Assembly: GCF_009914755.1 (NCBI RefSeq)
Contig: NC_060931.1
Reading direction: 5' to 3' (one strand)
DNA length: 64,000 nt
Source of the DNA: the human T2T-CHM13v2.0 reference genome, Homo sapiens
In this document: positions 11,760-25,494 of the stretch, in pieces
Numbering within the stretch: the stretch's first letter is position 1
How the letters are laid out: every line of letters starts with the position of its first letter
Made by a program: the position numbers and the translations under genes
The notes under the pieces: generated by a model
Databases searched by the model: none
Told to the model about the DNA's origin: nothing
What the model saw: the letters and a program-made list of their open reading frames with translations, nothing else

Positions 11760-13299
11760 GATGTCTATGTTTCTATGAGGTGGGGAGAAATCTTGGGAAG
11801 TAAGCAAGGAAAATACATTTCTCTTCCTTTTGTCCTCACCTGCTTCTTCCAAATCCTTTCCTCTTTTCGGAGAAAAGTCATTTCTAGGCTCCTTAGATAT
11901 ATTCACAAAAGCAAACACATCCATGGGTAAGTATTAAGGGAACATTACTAAGCCACTGCAGAGAGTCAAATTACCATTTCTATTGCACACCACCATGGGT
12001 CTCAAATACTGGCTAATTTAGTAGAGAACTGTGAATTTTCCAGCTTTCCTGAGTTTATATAAAGCATTTCATTACAGGCTGATTTTTTTTAGGTTGAACC
12101 AGTATTAACGTTGTGTCACTTTAATACATTTTGACAGATTGAGTCTCTTATAGTTAACACCATTTTTAGCTGATCTTCAGAAATGATTCTGAAAGCAATG
12201 TGGGTAGCAGTTACCTCCAGTAATTGTCTTAAACATCACATGAAGATCCAGCACAGTATTTTTCAATAGTGGTTCTCACCAGCCTTGTAATTTGCATGCT
12301 CCTCCAAGATTCCTTGCAAAGAGGATTATTTTTAATGCATTGGGAGACAACAGACCAACCAGCTCTTCTACTTCCCTTAAATTACATATTTTAAAGCTTA
12401 ATAATTCCATTTGAAAACCGAATTAAATGTCAGGCAGGAAACTGTGTTCAGAATGGGATAATTGAGGGATTCTTCCACATTCTGCGTACTATCTTTCAAG
12501 TTTAAGGAGGGTATTTCCTTTCAGTTCCTAGCTAGGGCAGATTCAGGTGCATGACATCAGTTTTCTGTATCTATCCAAACTGTGTGTCACATAAATACCA
12601 GGAAAAGAAAATGCCAATGCTATATAATTTTCTATTTCAATTCAAGTTTCTTTAACAGAGACACATACACATACATAGGCTACATTTGCACATAAACTTT
12701 TCTTATTCCAGCTGGACAATGCAACAGATATTTTTTAGGAACTTTGAATCATACTAATATACTACTTCATGTATTTTTAGGATAAAGCTAATGTGATGAT
12801 CATGAAAAGTGAGAGGTCAAGTGAAAAAGCCAGTGGATATTTAAGTTCAGTCACTGTCATATTTAAAAACCTGGATGAAAACCAGAAACAATGGTTTATC
12901 ATATGGGCATATCCCAAACTCTTCTCTGATGTTAAACTAAACACTGGGTCTGTCTAGAGGACTAAAGTAAGCCAGAAGTGAAATTTCAGTCAAGTCCGCA
13001 TTTCTAGTTTAAATTCATATCAGAATGGCCTTGAAAATATGCAATAGGTGGATCAGCAATGAGCAGACATTTCTGTACAATTTGTAAGCTTAACTTTTGC
13101 CAAACTGACAGAAGCAGCAGGTTAATATCCTATCTTTTGAGAAAACATTCTTCTCACATAGAACATGCTTCATTTCAACAAGAAAAGCTATTTACAGTGC
13201 AGCACACCATTGCAGAGTTATTCTCACTATCCCGTGTCATTTCTCGATTGTCTACTGTGTCAGGGAAAGCAGCAGGACTTTCAGATATGTCCCCTCATT

Positions 13300-13460
13300 T
13301 AATGCTAATGAGCCTTTGTGGCTAAGCATTATGAATTCCATTTTATAGATGGAGAAACCCAGGTTGGGGGAAGGTGGGTAACTTGCCCAAGGCTAAACAG
13401 CTAGTGCGTGAAACTGAAAGAGCCAGCTAGCATTAAACCCAGATATATCTGGTTTCCAGG
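13300..13460 (-). mobile_element. MIR fragment
   Basis: ccattttatagatggagaaacccagg..taacttgcccaaggctaaacagctagt. Confidence 0.65.
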
Positions 13461-13792
13461 TACAAGGTTTTTTTTTTAGTGGTCTGAAACCAGAGGCATC
13501 CGGAACCTCACACTTGGCTTTTTATACTGAGGTGCTTCATTTCACTCCCTGGAATAGTAATCAAGAGTCTGTTTCCCAGCTTCTGCCAGTAGTTTAGAAA
13601 CAGACTTTTACCTACTGTTTATGGATAGTTAATCACTACTTAAATTCCTTTTTAAGTGTAAATGCTTTGCACTTAATAAGTATGATATTAAAGTTCCATG
13701 TGCATAGAGACAAAAGAGAGCACTGTGATTGAGGAGGCATTGATAATACCACTGGAAAGTTTTCTCCTTACAAACCTAAATTCTGTATTTGA

Positions 13793-14095
<303 letters not shown>

Positions 14096-14959
14096 CTGAA
14101 TCACTTTCAAATCAAATTTTCTTCACTCAAATCTGAATATTTTTCTAAAATGAAGTCTTTTTAGAAACCTGATTCATATAATCTACATATGAATATTTGG
14201 TCTTAGAAGCTATATTAAAGAATTATGTTATTAAGAAATGCTATCAATGGATGCAGTATGTGTTAGGAGCAAAATTGAAAATTTTCTTATAGATCATGCC
14301 ATATTCTATTCTTCTGTTCCAGTTTTTCATTCACTCTAGTGTTTGCCCAGTCAGGGTACAAACCTTTTTTCCATTTCTTAGGTATATACATAACTAGATC
14401 TTCAAGGGTAACCTAATTCAAACCTAATATTAAAACATGTTCTCCTTTCCTTTCTAATTTCTTTCTGTTTTCTTTTCTTCTTTTCTTTCGTTCTTTAATA
14501 TTGCCAGAGCAAAATGTTTTCACTGCTGTACAACTATTGGAAAAATTCAATTTCATCAACTGAAATTTTCTTAGTGAAATGAAAAGCTTTTATTATTAAA
14601 CACATTCCTTTCCTTTGCTCCGTTTTCTCTAAAACTAGAAACAGACTTAAAACAATGATTAATAAGTCCTCCAAATAGCCAATTCTGAATCTCAATCTTA
14701 AACTGATAGTTAAATGGTATTTCCCAGCCTCCCCGCCCCCGGGAAATACTATGCCATAAGAATAACAAGAGATTAAAGCCAATGACATTTGATTGCATAA
14801 AACAATCTTCTGAAGAAGATAAACAAGGTTCAGGTAAATATTCTGGAGTCAACAGCAACTCAAAATGTCTGTGGATGACAAGGTTTCAATAGTAGTAGTG
14901 ATATAAGTTCAGAGACAGTAGTAACAGATTGATGAATTGACTTTACGTTTACAAAACAC

Positions 14960-15233
14960 TTTTATTATTATTATAAGTTCTGGGGTACATGTGCAGAACG
15001 TGCAGGTTTGTTGCATAGGTATACACATGCCATGGTGGTTTGCTGCACCCACCAACCTGTCATCCACATTAGGTATTTTTCCCAATGCTATCCCTCCCCT
15101 AGGCCCCTATCCCCCAACAGGCCCTGGTGTGTGATGCTCCCCTCCCTGTGTCCATGTGTTCTCATTGTTCAACTCCTGCTTATGAGTGAGAACATGCGGT
15201 GTTTGGTTTTCTGTTCATGTGTTAGTTTGCTGA
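14960..15233 (-). mobile_element. L1PA (about PA7/8) 3'-end fragment
   Basis: ggggtacatgtgcagaacgtgcaggtttgttgcatagg...tatgagtgagaacatgcggtgtttgg. Confidence 0.88.
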
Positions 15234-17561
15234 AAAACATTAATTTTTAAAGGTATATAAATTGAGTAGATTTTACACCATAGTCAATAAAATCATCAGG
15301 ATGATTGTAACATTTTCCAAAAGACTTTCTCTTCCTTCTATATCATCATTTCAAAATAATTACTAAAGGCAATGATCGGATATATCTAATTGGTGATAAA
15401 CAATAGAAACTTGTTCCTTCAAGACTCCATTCACCCAAAGTTTCACTATGTTTTTCTATCTATACATAGGTAATACACAAATAAAGCTACTGTCAATGAG
15501 TTCTTTAGTGGTTGTTTCCTAAATAATTTTCCTACAATTTCTCTTAAGCATATGAATATTTGCATTTGCCATTTTATCTTTCATGTGTTTAGAAAATATT
15601 TTTAAAGAAGTTTCATTACAAATATTGTTTTGGATATTGTGGATGTGTATTGCACACTGTTTTGTCTAAAACATTTATTTTCTGTCTGGAAATTACACCA
15701 GAATCTTGTGCAGGCACAAGAAAAAAAATATATGAAAAAATATTCAATGTATCTCCTGTCTTTGTAATATGATTGACAGTAAGCCTAGACCAGATTTTGT
15801 GACTAGTACGATATGTCAAGTATAGAATGAGAAAGTATATTTCTGGTGTTGCTGCATACCAAAAATTTGATTTTATATTTCTCTCCAATAAATTTCCAAA
15901 GTATTTTATCTTTTCTTTAATAAATGTTGTTTAACGTTTTTTGGAAATGGTAATTGGTAATTTAATTAAAACTTAAGGAGGTACAGAAATAGGAACACAA
16001 AAAGAAACATAAACTAATTGTGTGTTTGTTTAGAATTTAAAAGCAAATTCAGCCCTGACAAATATTTGTAAACCATACACAGCTATGACATTTTTCACAG
16101 ATGTGATTTTCGGTTTCAAAAGCCTGCATTTAAAAATCTGTCATTTAAGATGACATAGTGTTCACTGCCATTTGGGAAGATGGCAGTAAACAAATAGGTT
16201 CTTGTTGTCTTTTTGTTTTTTGCCAAAGCAATAGCAGTCTCTTTTGTGTCACTAACTAAACTGACTCCCAAACAAAGAAGTAATTTAATGGGATTCCCAA
16301 AGCACGTCAATCCAGATTAACCCTGTGGCAGCTCTTCTTTTATGGAACATTTAGCCTCTGGAGTAGTGAATTGCTGGCCAAGAAACTTATAAAACAAATA
16401 CTATTTGTAATATAAAAGTTTACTTTTTTTCTCAGCCAATGTTTGTTTCTATTGGAGGTAGTATGAGATAATGGGAATGACTCTGTAGAGTGAAAGAGCT
16501 CTGTGACCTTGGGAATGTTAATTTGTCCAAGGATGCCTCAAAGTCTCGTCTATGAAATGTGGATAAACCAGACACTTTATAGGGTGGTGATGATGTGAAG
16601 TAGGCATCACAGCAAATTGGTTAAGAACAAGGACCATGGAGACAGTCTACATCGCGTGAAAGTCTGAATCTTGTCAGTTTTTTTGACTACTGTATTCTCA
16701 GGGTTTAGAATGATTCCCAGGACATAATACATGACCAATAAACCTCTGTTGAATAAACAGAATCAAAGAGCCCTGACTATGTCTGACTTTTTGGCAAGTA
16801 GTTACCTCTAAAAGTCTCAGTTTCATAAAGTAAGGATTAAGTGAATGGAGTAAAAACGCTTAACAGATGAACTATTGTTGTTAAGGTAACACGAATACAC
16901 CCTTAAAAAGGTGGGTCCTTGATATGTAATAACTCATTTGAATTCACATATTCTCATTTGAATTTACAATTAATATACTGCCTATTTCAAAGATAATGTT
17001 AATGAAGATGATGAGTCAAAGAGATTACTGGTTTTACACAGTATTATACATTTAAAAGTCTCCTGAAAATTATGAAACATAAGACATTATTACTATTTTA
17101 AAGCATGTTTGGAAGAGTGTGTTCACTTGAAATTTAAAATTATGCTGCATAAAAATATTTTCTCAGCAATTCTCCTTTTCCAATTAAATGTCATTCTATA
17201 GGATAGAAGAAATCTGCTTTTATCAATCATCAAAAGAAGCAGTTTGAGTAGTGTGGGAAACATAGTTGGCCTGCTAGTTTACCAGGGTTGCTGAGGGCAG
17301 AAAAAACCTTTCCCTCTTAAATGCAGAACCTCTAAAACTTCACCTCTTAAATTCAGAACTTCTAAAGGACTCAGCCATATAACTATTTTGCAATATCACA
17401 TAAACCAATAAATATTTCAAAACATTATTGCATAAAAAAAGACAAGTAAATGGAATTGCTTGTTACCTTAACTCAAAACCTATACTGTTTAATACGTCTT
17501 TTAAAACTACATATCTAATGTTTCACTGTAGAGTTCCTTTATGCTATTTAGAAATAACTAT

Positions 17562-17637
<76 letters not shown>

Positions 17638-17640
17638 TCT
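17562..17640. repeat. Compound tetranucleotide STR (TCTA)11(TCTG)3(TCTA)5
   Basis: Counted directly. Confidence 0.95.
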
Positions 17641-17917
17641 TATACACAGAACCAAAGAATCATTCTCCTTTGTTTCACTTATTTTCTGTTTTGTCATGAT
17701 CTTCATTTCAAAGGATACAGACTTCAGCAAAGTCTAATTAAAGGGTGGGACCTGCCAGAGGAGAGTTTCATTACTGTAAGCAGCTCTCACAATATCTGTA
17801 CAAGAGAAAAGTTTTTACTGATGTCAGCACTTCTTCCCTCACAAATCTCTCTCATTTTTCTTCTCCTTTCTTTTCCCTCTGGTTTACCTTCCTCTTACGG
17901 TATTCTACCTTTCCTTT

Positions 17918-18092
17918 AAAAAAACTTTTTATTTATTTATTTACTTAATTGATAAACAAAAATCATATGTACTAGACTTTTGAAAATGGCTGAGAGTAGA
18001 TTTTAAGTGTTCTCAACACAAAAAACGACTAGTATGTGAGGTAATGCATATGTTAAGTAGCTTAACTGAGCCATCCCACAATGTGAACATAT
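17918..18092 (-). mobile_element. Short 5'-inverted (twin-primed) L1MA-type 3'-end insertion
   Basis: T-rich tail and terminal segment on minus (17918-17971), upstream 3'UTR segment on plus (17972-18092). Flanking 15-mers at 17903 and 18093 match 13/15. Confidence 0.7.
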
Positions 18093-20665
18093 TTCTACTT
18101 TCCCTTTCTATCATGCTTTCTGGTACATAACTACTTCAGGACTACCTCTGAGACACATGGTGGCTTTGTCCTTAAGACATGTCTTATTGCTCAACCATGC
18201 TCCCTCCCCAATCACTGTCTCGTATTCTACAAGATCTGCTTCTACGGGCCTTTCATAGTATACAGTTTGTTAGTTACATAAGAATTCTTTGTCATAGAAG
18301 CAAAGGTACTCACAGATCAATGACAATGGGTGGGAATGTTGATTTAAATGTAATTAGGAAAGGAAGGAATATTCCAGGGCAAAGAGTGAAAACAGACAGG
18401 AGAAAATCAGTGAATACTAAAGAAAAAGTAAAGCACAGTAAACCATAGGCAGAGAGAGAGGAAACTGCAACGTTGTTGGTGGTGATGGTATGGACATGAA
18501 GGACCAGACAAAAAGACGCTGATCCACTGCCCGCTCTGTGATACCTGCGTTCACCACACCGAATCTTGAGGTTCAAAGGTAACCTTTATGAAAGACAGAT
18601 GAATCACAAACTGGGGGTAAGGTGGAGGGTGTTGGGGAGCAGGCGGGCGGGGATGCCTCCAGTCTATGGAGGAACCTTAGCAGGCGTCGTAGACTACCTC
18701 GATCCTGCCTCCTCTGTTAATCACCTTCCAGACACAGTCACTTCCACCATGACTCCAGGCTCCTTCTTTCACCTTAGTCTCCCTCAGCATCAGCTCTTTC
18801 GCCACAGATGAAATTGTTTCCTCCATTTTGTTTTAATTTTCCACCTCCATCCATTTCTGCTCCTAATACTGTCCACCAGTCCTTCCCTCCAACATTAGGA
18901 AGATTAAAAAACTACAAACTCAAACAACAACAACAACAACAACAAAATGCCACTCCTTTGCTTGCCTTTCAAAAGCACTAATGATCCAGTGAAACGAAAA
19001 CTAAGATTTACCAACTAATACATACTTCTCTAGTAGGGTCAGGGGCTTCCTCACCATTCCTAATACACCTAATGACTTCGTCTTTGTAATGACAGCTCCC
19101 ATACCTGGAATGCTCTATCTAGCCATTGTTAACTTCTCAAGTCTATGTTATCTCACCTTCTCTGCGGTGCCCCTTTTATATCTTAAATCTATTGTAAGCT
19201 TTGGCTTCCCTGAATAGTATCACAAAATTCAGAAATTGTTGACCAAGTGTTTATAACTATTTGTCTCTCTTCCCCATCTTGCCAACAAGTTTGAAAGCAA
19301 GGACAAAATCTTACACATGTTTGAATGCCAACACTGGCTGACTGACGAGTCATAGAATCATTTTGCTAGATTCTCTCAAGCCCTGAGCCAGCCTCACTAC
19401 TTACTATATACCTGGAACATAAGTTCTGTCTTTTGAAGTTATTTTTCTTCACAACCTCAAAACCTGATGTAGTTAAAAGAGGAAAGTTTACTTTATAATC
19501 ACACACAAAAAAAGGTTTTTATTATTGCATTATTGGAAACATTGTAAGAAAATAGTCTTTAATCAACTTGTCATGCTGCTTTCCTTTTATTATTTTCATA
19601 TAGCCTTACTCCCCTTGTCTTATATAATAAAACTATGTATGTCATCAGCTTCCTTATTCCGAACATCAATTGTTCTGAACATCTATTTGTGATCTCATAT
19701 CTAAGATTTGTATTTTGACTTCTGGTCCGCAATGATGTCATGCTGTCTTTACCAATATCAAAATTATGTTTCTAGATATGATTATTTTTAATAGGTCACT
19801 TCTTTAAACATTCTTTCTATTTTCCAATTAATTGATAAAAGATGCCTTGGTCATTGATTACAGCAATAAGAAATAATGTAAGAGATTCTTATTCCTTTTA
19901 AAATTAGAACATTTGCTGAAAGGTGAATGCTATTGATTCATTTTCTGCAAAACATTGTGTTTCTCATCTATGTTGGAGTCAAGCAGAGCACTGAGTAATT
20001 ACCTGATTATGTAGTCCCTTGGTCGCATGATTCAGAGTTTCCAACTTCACGTGAGAATTAAATATTGGTATGTGGTAACATTTCAATTTCACAACTGAAT
20101 TCTGCCTATAGAGATCTAAGTTATAAATCACTCCAGGTTGGAAAAGAAAATCCAGTGTTAATGTATTTCTTAAATAATCAGAGTTTTCATATTTTTATCC
20201 ACTGTCAACACTAAAAACTTCAATTTCTATTATTTTCTCTCTTTGAGGCTTATACAACTTTGAGAGGATAAGGGTTGTTCATTCACATTAGTTTCAGTTT
20301 TTACTCTTACTAATGAACATTTTGGTTGTCTTGTGCAAATCAACAATTTAATTTTGTGTGAAGATTTTCTATTTTGGAATTTTTAAAAAGTTGTTTTAAT
20401 CCTAGAAGCTAAAGAAAAGAAAAGCCTGACATTATTAATAACATGTATACAAAAATTATATTTTTTAAAAATGTCCTAAAAGAAAGATTAGGTTGAGTAT
20501 TACCAAGAAGTTCAGGATTTGCACTACAGTTTCCTTAGCAAGTCATAAAAATTGTAAGCAACTAATATAATGGAATATAGTAAAAGGGAGCATAATGAAC
20601 TATACAAAGCCAAATTATTTTACTGACATCTGACACTGGGGTCAAATGCTAAAAGCATTTTTTTT

Positions 20666-20976
<311 letters not shown>

Positions 20977-21436
20977 TCAATATTTTTTCTTTTGTGACCT
21001 ATTACTTTAAATAGTTGCATTTTATTAAATTCCTGGACTTGATGGTGAATATTCCTCCAACTAGCTTAGATAATAGGAAAAAAATTTCATTTTGACAAGA
21101 CGGGGGTCTTAGGAGGAGCTGAGTAAGCACTTTCTCATGATATCTAGACTATTCCTAATTCAATAATAACATCACATGGAGATTTGTCTTTTTTAGTCAT
21201 AATTATAAGAGATTGTAAGGTGCTATTATTTAATCCATTATTTGATTTATAGCTGTATTCTAGGATGCTTAACTGTATTAAGGCACTATCCCACTATTCT
21301 CTCACAAATAAAAAAGCTGTTACCAGAATTTCATGTTTTTTTCTTTTTTTTTTTTTTTTCCACGTCTAACTTGCTACATCATTTATATCCCGCTATGACC
21401 TTTTTGGCACTGTTGAAAGAAATGTGTGAAACTCAC

Positions 21437-21647
21437 TCAATGAAGTAGACTTCGCCCTTCTCTGTATAGGCCATTTCCCAGTTATCAGGCAATGGGTCTG
21501 GTTCCTCATTGTCTTCAGGTTTAGTTGGCTTTGTGTCATCCATCTGCTCCTTCAGCTCCTCAGGCTGACTGTACACTGGTGCAGGATAAGGCTGGGAGGG
21601 CATCTCCCCTGAGGCACCTGCACTTTTGTCTTCATGTTCACTGGATT
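21437..21647 (-). CDS. MAGI2: MAGI2 coding exon (exon 5 by recall), 211 nt: (E)SSEHEDKSAGASGEMPSQPYPAPVYSQPEELKEQMDDTKPTKPEDNEEPDPLPDNWEMAYTEKGEVYFI(D); first half of WW1
   Basis: Translated manually (not in the ORF track). Acceptor ttctcttatag|AA, donor TTGA|gtgagt. WW signature PLPxxWExxYTxxGxxYFID. In frame with both neighbouring exons. Confidence 0.97.
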
Positions 21648-21911
21648 CTATAAGAGAACAAGAGCACGTGGTTAGTCACTCCAACCATGGTAACTCTGGA
21701 CTGAGTATGGAGAATGCTGTACCAGGGAATAAACGTCATGAATAACTTCTATGAAGGCTAACAGGAAACATTTCTGAAAAAGCATAATGATCACTAGGCC
21801 TATTTGAGCTCTCCTTTCACTCGTCATTGTCATCTATCTTTCAGCTAATTATTATTGTTTACAGAATTGGAGGTTTAAAGGATGTAATGTAAGGACCATT
21901 TCATAATACAG

Positions 21912-22300
21912 GTATGGTGAGCAGAATAATGGGCCCCTGAAGATATTCATATCCTAATGTCTAGAATATGTGAATATTACCTTACATGGCAAAAGATGAT
22001 CTGCAGATGTGACTAAGAACCCTGAGATGGGGAGATTATCTTTGATTATCCAGATGGCCTCATCTGGATGATTATGATTAAATGTAATCACAAGAGTCCT
22101 TAAAAGTGAAAAAAGTCAGCAGAAAAGAAGGGTAAAAGGGAGAATTGACTACTAAATCATGGTCAAAGAGATGCAATGTTGCTGGCTTAGAAGACAGAAA
22201 ATGACCATAGACCAAGAAATATTAGTGGCCTCTAGAATCTTTAAAAGGAAAGGAAATGGATTATTTCCTGGAGAATCCGGAAAGGAACACAGCTCTGCCA
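21912..22300 (+). mobile_element. MLT1D-like MaLR LTR, 3'-truncated
   Basis: gcagaataatgggcccctgaagat..ccttacatggcaaaag..tgagatggggagattatc. Confidence 0.75.
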
Positions 22301-22315
22301 ACAAGGAACACAGCT

Positions 22316-22607
22316 CTTCCATAGTTTCAGTTACCCATGGTCAACCATGGTGCAAAAATAGATGATTACAGTACAGTAAGATAGAGAGAGAGAAAGACCA
22401 CCTTCACATAACTTTCATAATAGTATATTGTTATGATTATTCTATTTTATTATTTGTTGTTCTTAATCTCTTACTGCATCTGATTTATAAATTAAATTTT
22501 ATCATAGTTTTTTTGTATAGTATATATAGGATTTGGTACCATCTGAGGTTTCAGGCATCCACTGGGGGTATTGGAGCACATCCCTCGTAGCTAAGGGGAG
22601 CTACTGT
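22316..22607 (+). mobile_element. MER44A-like (Tigger) fossil
   Basis: tttcagttacccatggtcaacc..tttcaggcatccactggggg..ctactgta. Confidence 0.8.
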
Positions 22608-22629
22608 ACAACAGAGCAAAAACTACCTT

Positions 22630-23218
22630 AACAGAAGTGGTAACAGGCTTGGAGGACAGACCCAAGATCCCCAACATATAAACAGTATGAGTTCCAGAAT
22701 GAGAAGAAGGAACGCACAAGGAAGAAATAAGTCGACAAACAATAGAAGAAAATTTATCTAAGATGAAGAAACACCAGTCTGTAGATTGAAATAGTTCACT
22801 GAATCTGAGGCCAGATTAAGGAAACATGCAGACACCTGGATACATCTAGTTGAAATTTCCAAACTACAATGTTAAAAGGCAACTTTAGCAGCTTCCATAC
22901 TGAACAGATATGATTACTTACAAAGAAAAGAGGAACAAAAGAGCATCAGACCTTTTATCTGTAATACTCTAAGCGCAAAGAGAGGGTAACATCTATAGTA
23001 ACTTGAGAAAAAAAAAGATATAGTAATCCAAGAACTTAACTCTACCAAGATATTCATCTATCTGGGAAAAAACAGTCACTTTTGAACATGCAAAAGTTCT
23101 GAATGTATACTCTCCAAGTATCTTATCTGAGGGCAAAATTTGAAAAATTACTCTAACCATATCATGATGATTGAATCAGAGCAGAGACCTCAAGATACGG
23201 GGAGAAAATAAAAGGTAG
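22630..23218 (+). mobile_element. Ancient L1/HAL1 ORF1-like fragment
   Basis: ggaggacagacccaagatccccaacata..gagttccagaa..atagaagaaaattt..cagattgaaa pattern typical of the ORF1 3' half. Confidence 0.55.
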
Positions 23219-23223
23219 GAAGA

Positions 23224-23877
23224 TGATATGGTTTGGCTGTGTCCCCATCCAAAATCTCATCTTGAATTGTAATCCCCACATGTCAAGGGCAGAACCAGGT
23301 GGAGGTAACTGGATCATGGGGAAGGCTTCCCCCATCCTGTTCTTGTGGTAGTGAGTAAGTCTCACGAGATCTGATGGTTTTATAAGTGTCTGGCATTTCC
23401 CCTGCTTGCACTCACTCCATCTCCCCCTCCCCCTCCTCCTCCCCCTCCTCCTCCCCCTCCTCCTCCCCCTCCTCCTCCTCCCCCTCCTCCTTCTCCCCCT
23501 CCTTCCCCTCCCACTCCTCTCCCTCCCCTCCTCTTCTTCCCTCCTCCTTCATTCTCTCACCCTCCCCTGTCCTCTCCTCTCCTCCCTCATTCTTCTCTCC
23601 TCCTTCCCCTCCCCACCCTCCTCATCATCTCAGAAGTACTTGGGTATTTCTTGCATCATATGAATAAGTGAAAATAAGGTGGGCCGTTATGATTGACCTC
23701 ATAAGTATACATCCTGTGAACAAGGTGCCTGCTTCCCCTTTGCCTTCCACCATGATTGTAAGTTTCCTGAGGCCTCCTAAGCCATGTGGAACTGTAGGTC
23801 AATTAAACCTCTTTCCTTTATAAATTACCCAGTCTCAGGTATTTCTTCATATAGCAGTGTGAGGATGAACTAATATG
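23224..23877 (+). mobile_element. THE1 solo LTR with a ~290-bp internal insertion
   Basis: Begins TGATATGGTTTGGCTGTGTCCCC, ends ..gaactaatatg. TSD GAAGA at 23219 and 23878. Confidence 0.9.
23422..23622. repeat. CT-rich polypyrimidine tract ((TCC)n/(TCCCCC)n)
   Basis: Direct reading. Confidence 0.95.
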
Positions 23878-25494
23878 GAAGAAATAAATTCTGGATAATA
23901 TAGTTAAATATAAATGGAAGATGATCACATTTCTGAAAATTTGTAATATGTGTTAAAGACAGATTCTGGAAAGAAGAAAAATACATGAAGACCTAGTAAG
24001 ACCATGGGTTTTAGACTTTATCTTAGGAAAGCTCAGGTACTAGGAAGTGGAGAAAAGGTAGGAAAATAGAGACATTCTAAAGCTGTCATCAGTAGGCACT
24101 TCAGAGAGTGAGTATATGAGATAATTTTAAAGGCCACCTTTTCATGGGATGAGATTATTGGGCAAATAATTTGGTCAAGGTGTAGGCTTAATTGTATAAT
24201 GGGGATATTTTTGAAATATCTCCTAATGTGTATGTTTACTGAGCTATTCATGGATTCATTTACCCCACATTTAGTTTTTCTGCTGTCAAGGACAAACCAT
24301 GAGTCTTATTTGTTGGGGAAGAGTAGAGCAGGTACCATCGAGAGAAAGAAATACCGTTAGGGTAAATACGAAGGAGAAGTTCCTTAACTCAGAAACTAGA
24401 AGGAGAGCACTACTGAGATTCAGAGGGGCTGAAAGGTAGTGAGAGGCAATGTGAGGATAAGGTGGCCATCTTGGAAATATAAAATTCTACAATTGTTTGG
24501 GAACATAATGCCTATTAAAATAAAAAAATACAAATACACAGACTTTGAGTTATCCTACTTTGAGAACATATCCTCTAGAAATAAAGGCAGTATTATATAA
24601 TGATGCCTATATAATACTATTTTTTGCAATATTGTTTGTAGTAGTAAAACCCTGGAAATGATATAAATGCCTATCAATGAGATTATAATTAAATAAATAA
24701 ATAGTGTTTGTCATTACCATGGAAAACTATGTAGTTTAAAATCAATGAATATCTATTGACCTTGAAAGGTGCTTATAATTGTTAAAGAGTAATCTAAGCT
24801 GCAGAGAAATGTATAGTATTAATCCTATTTTTCTAAATAAGCATATATTAAGATCTCTAAGTGATATATAGTTATATCTCTATATAAGCATGAAAACAGA
24901 CTGCAAGGATGTACAACAGATTGTCAACTTTGATTACCTCAGGATAGTAAATTTGGATGGGGGTGGAAGAAGTTTCTTTTACATATCTTTGCTTTCATTG
25001 GGTATCTATTATTTTTATAACTTCAAAAGTTAATAGATTTTTTAAATGAGTAAATTAGAATATCATCTTGCTGTCACTATTAATTGCATGGGCCAATTTT
25101 TCCCCTCTCTGCATCAATCTAGGAGAGCAATATTAAAGTATCTATTAGAAATACTTATCTAATATCTAATAGAAATAAAGTATCTATTAGAAAAACACAA
25201 GAATACTTTACAAGTTGTCACTGTATTGCCCTTAAGAGGGAAATTATGAATATAATATGGCCCTTAATGATAGAGTCTCCTAGCTGATTCCTTATAAAGA
25301 TTTGATCTTTGTAAGTTTTGTAGGATAAAAGCAGTAAAAACAGGTACCACTGCTAACTTCAGAGTCTCTTTTCTGTGGCATATTTCAACATGTAATTATA
25401 CATACTGTGGTACGCACATGGAACATACAAAATGTCATGTTGCACTGAAAAGTTCAAATGCAAGGTCATGCTCTGAACATGTTCAGTTATACAA

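Noticed and set aside
17428-17919. Longest ORF in the track (163 aa)
   Set aside because: It is open because of the (TCTA)n repeat (IYLS repeats) and has no recognisable domain.
23386-23667. Ser/Pro-rich and Leu/Pro-rich ORFs
   Set aside because: They are translations of a CT low-complexity tract.
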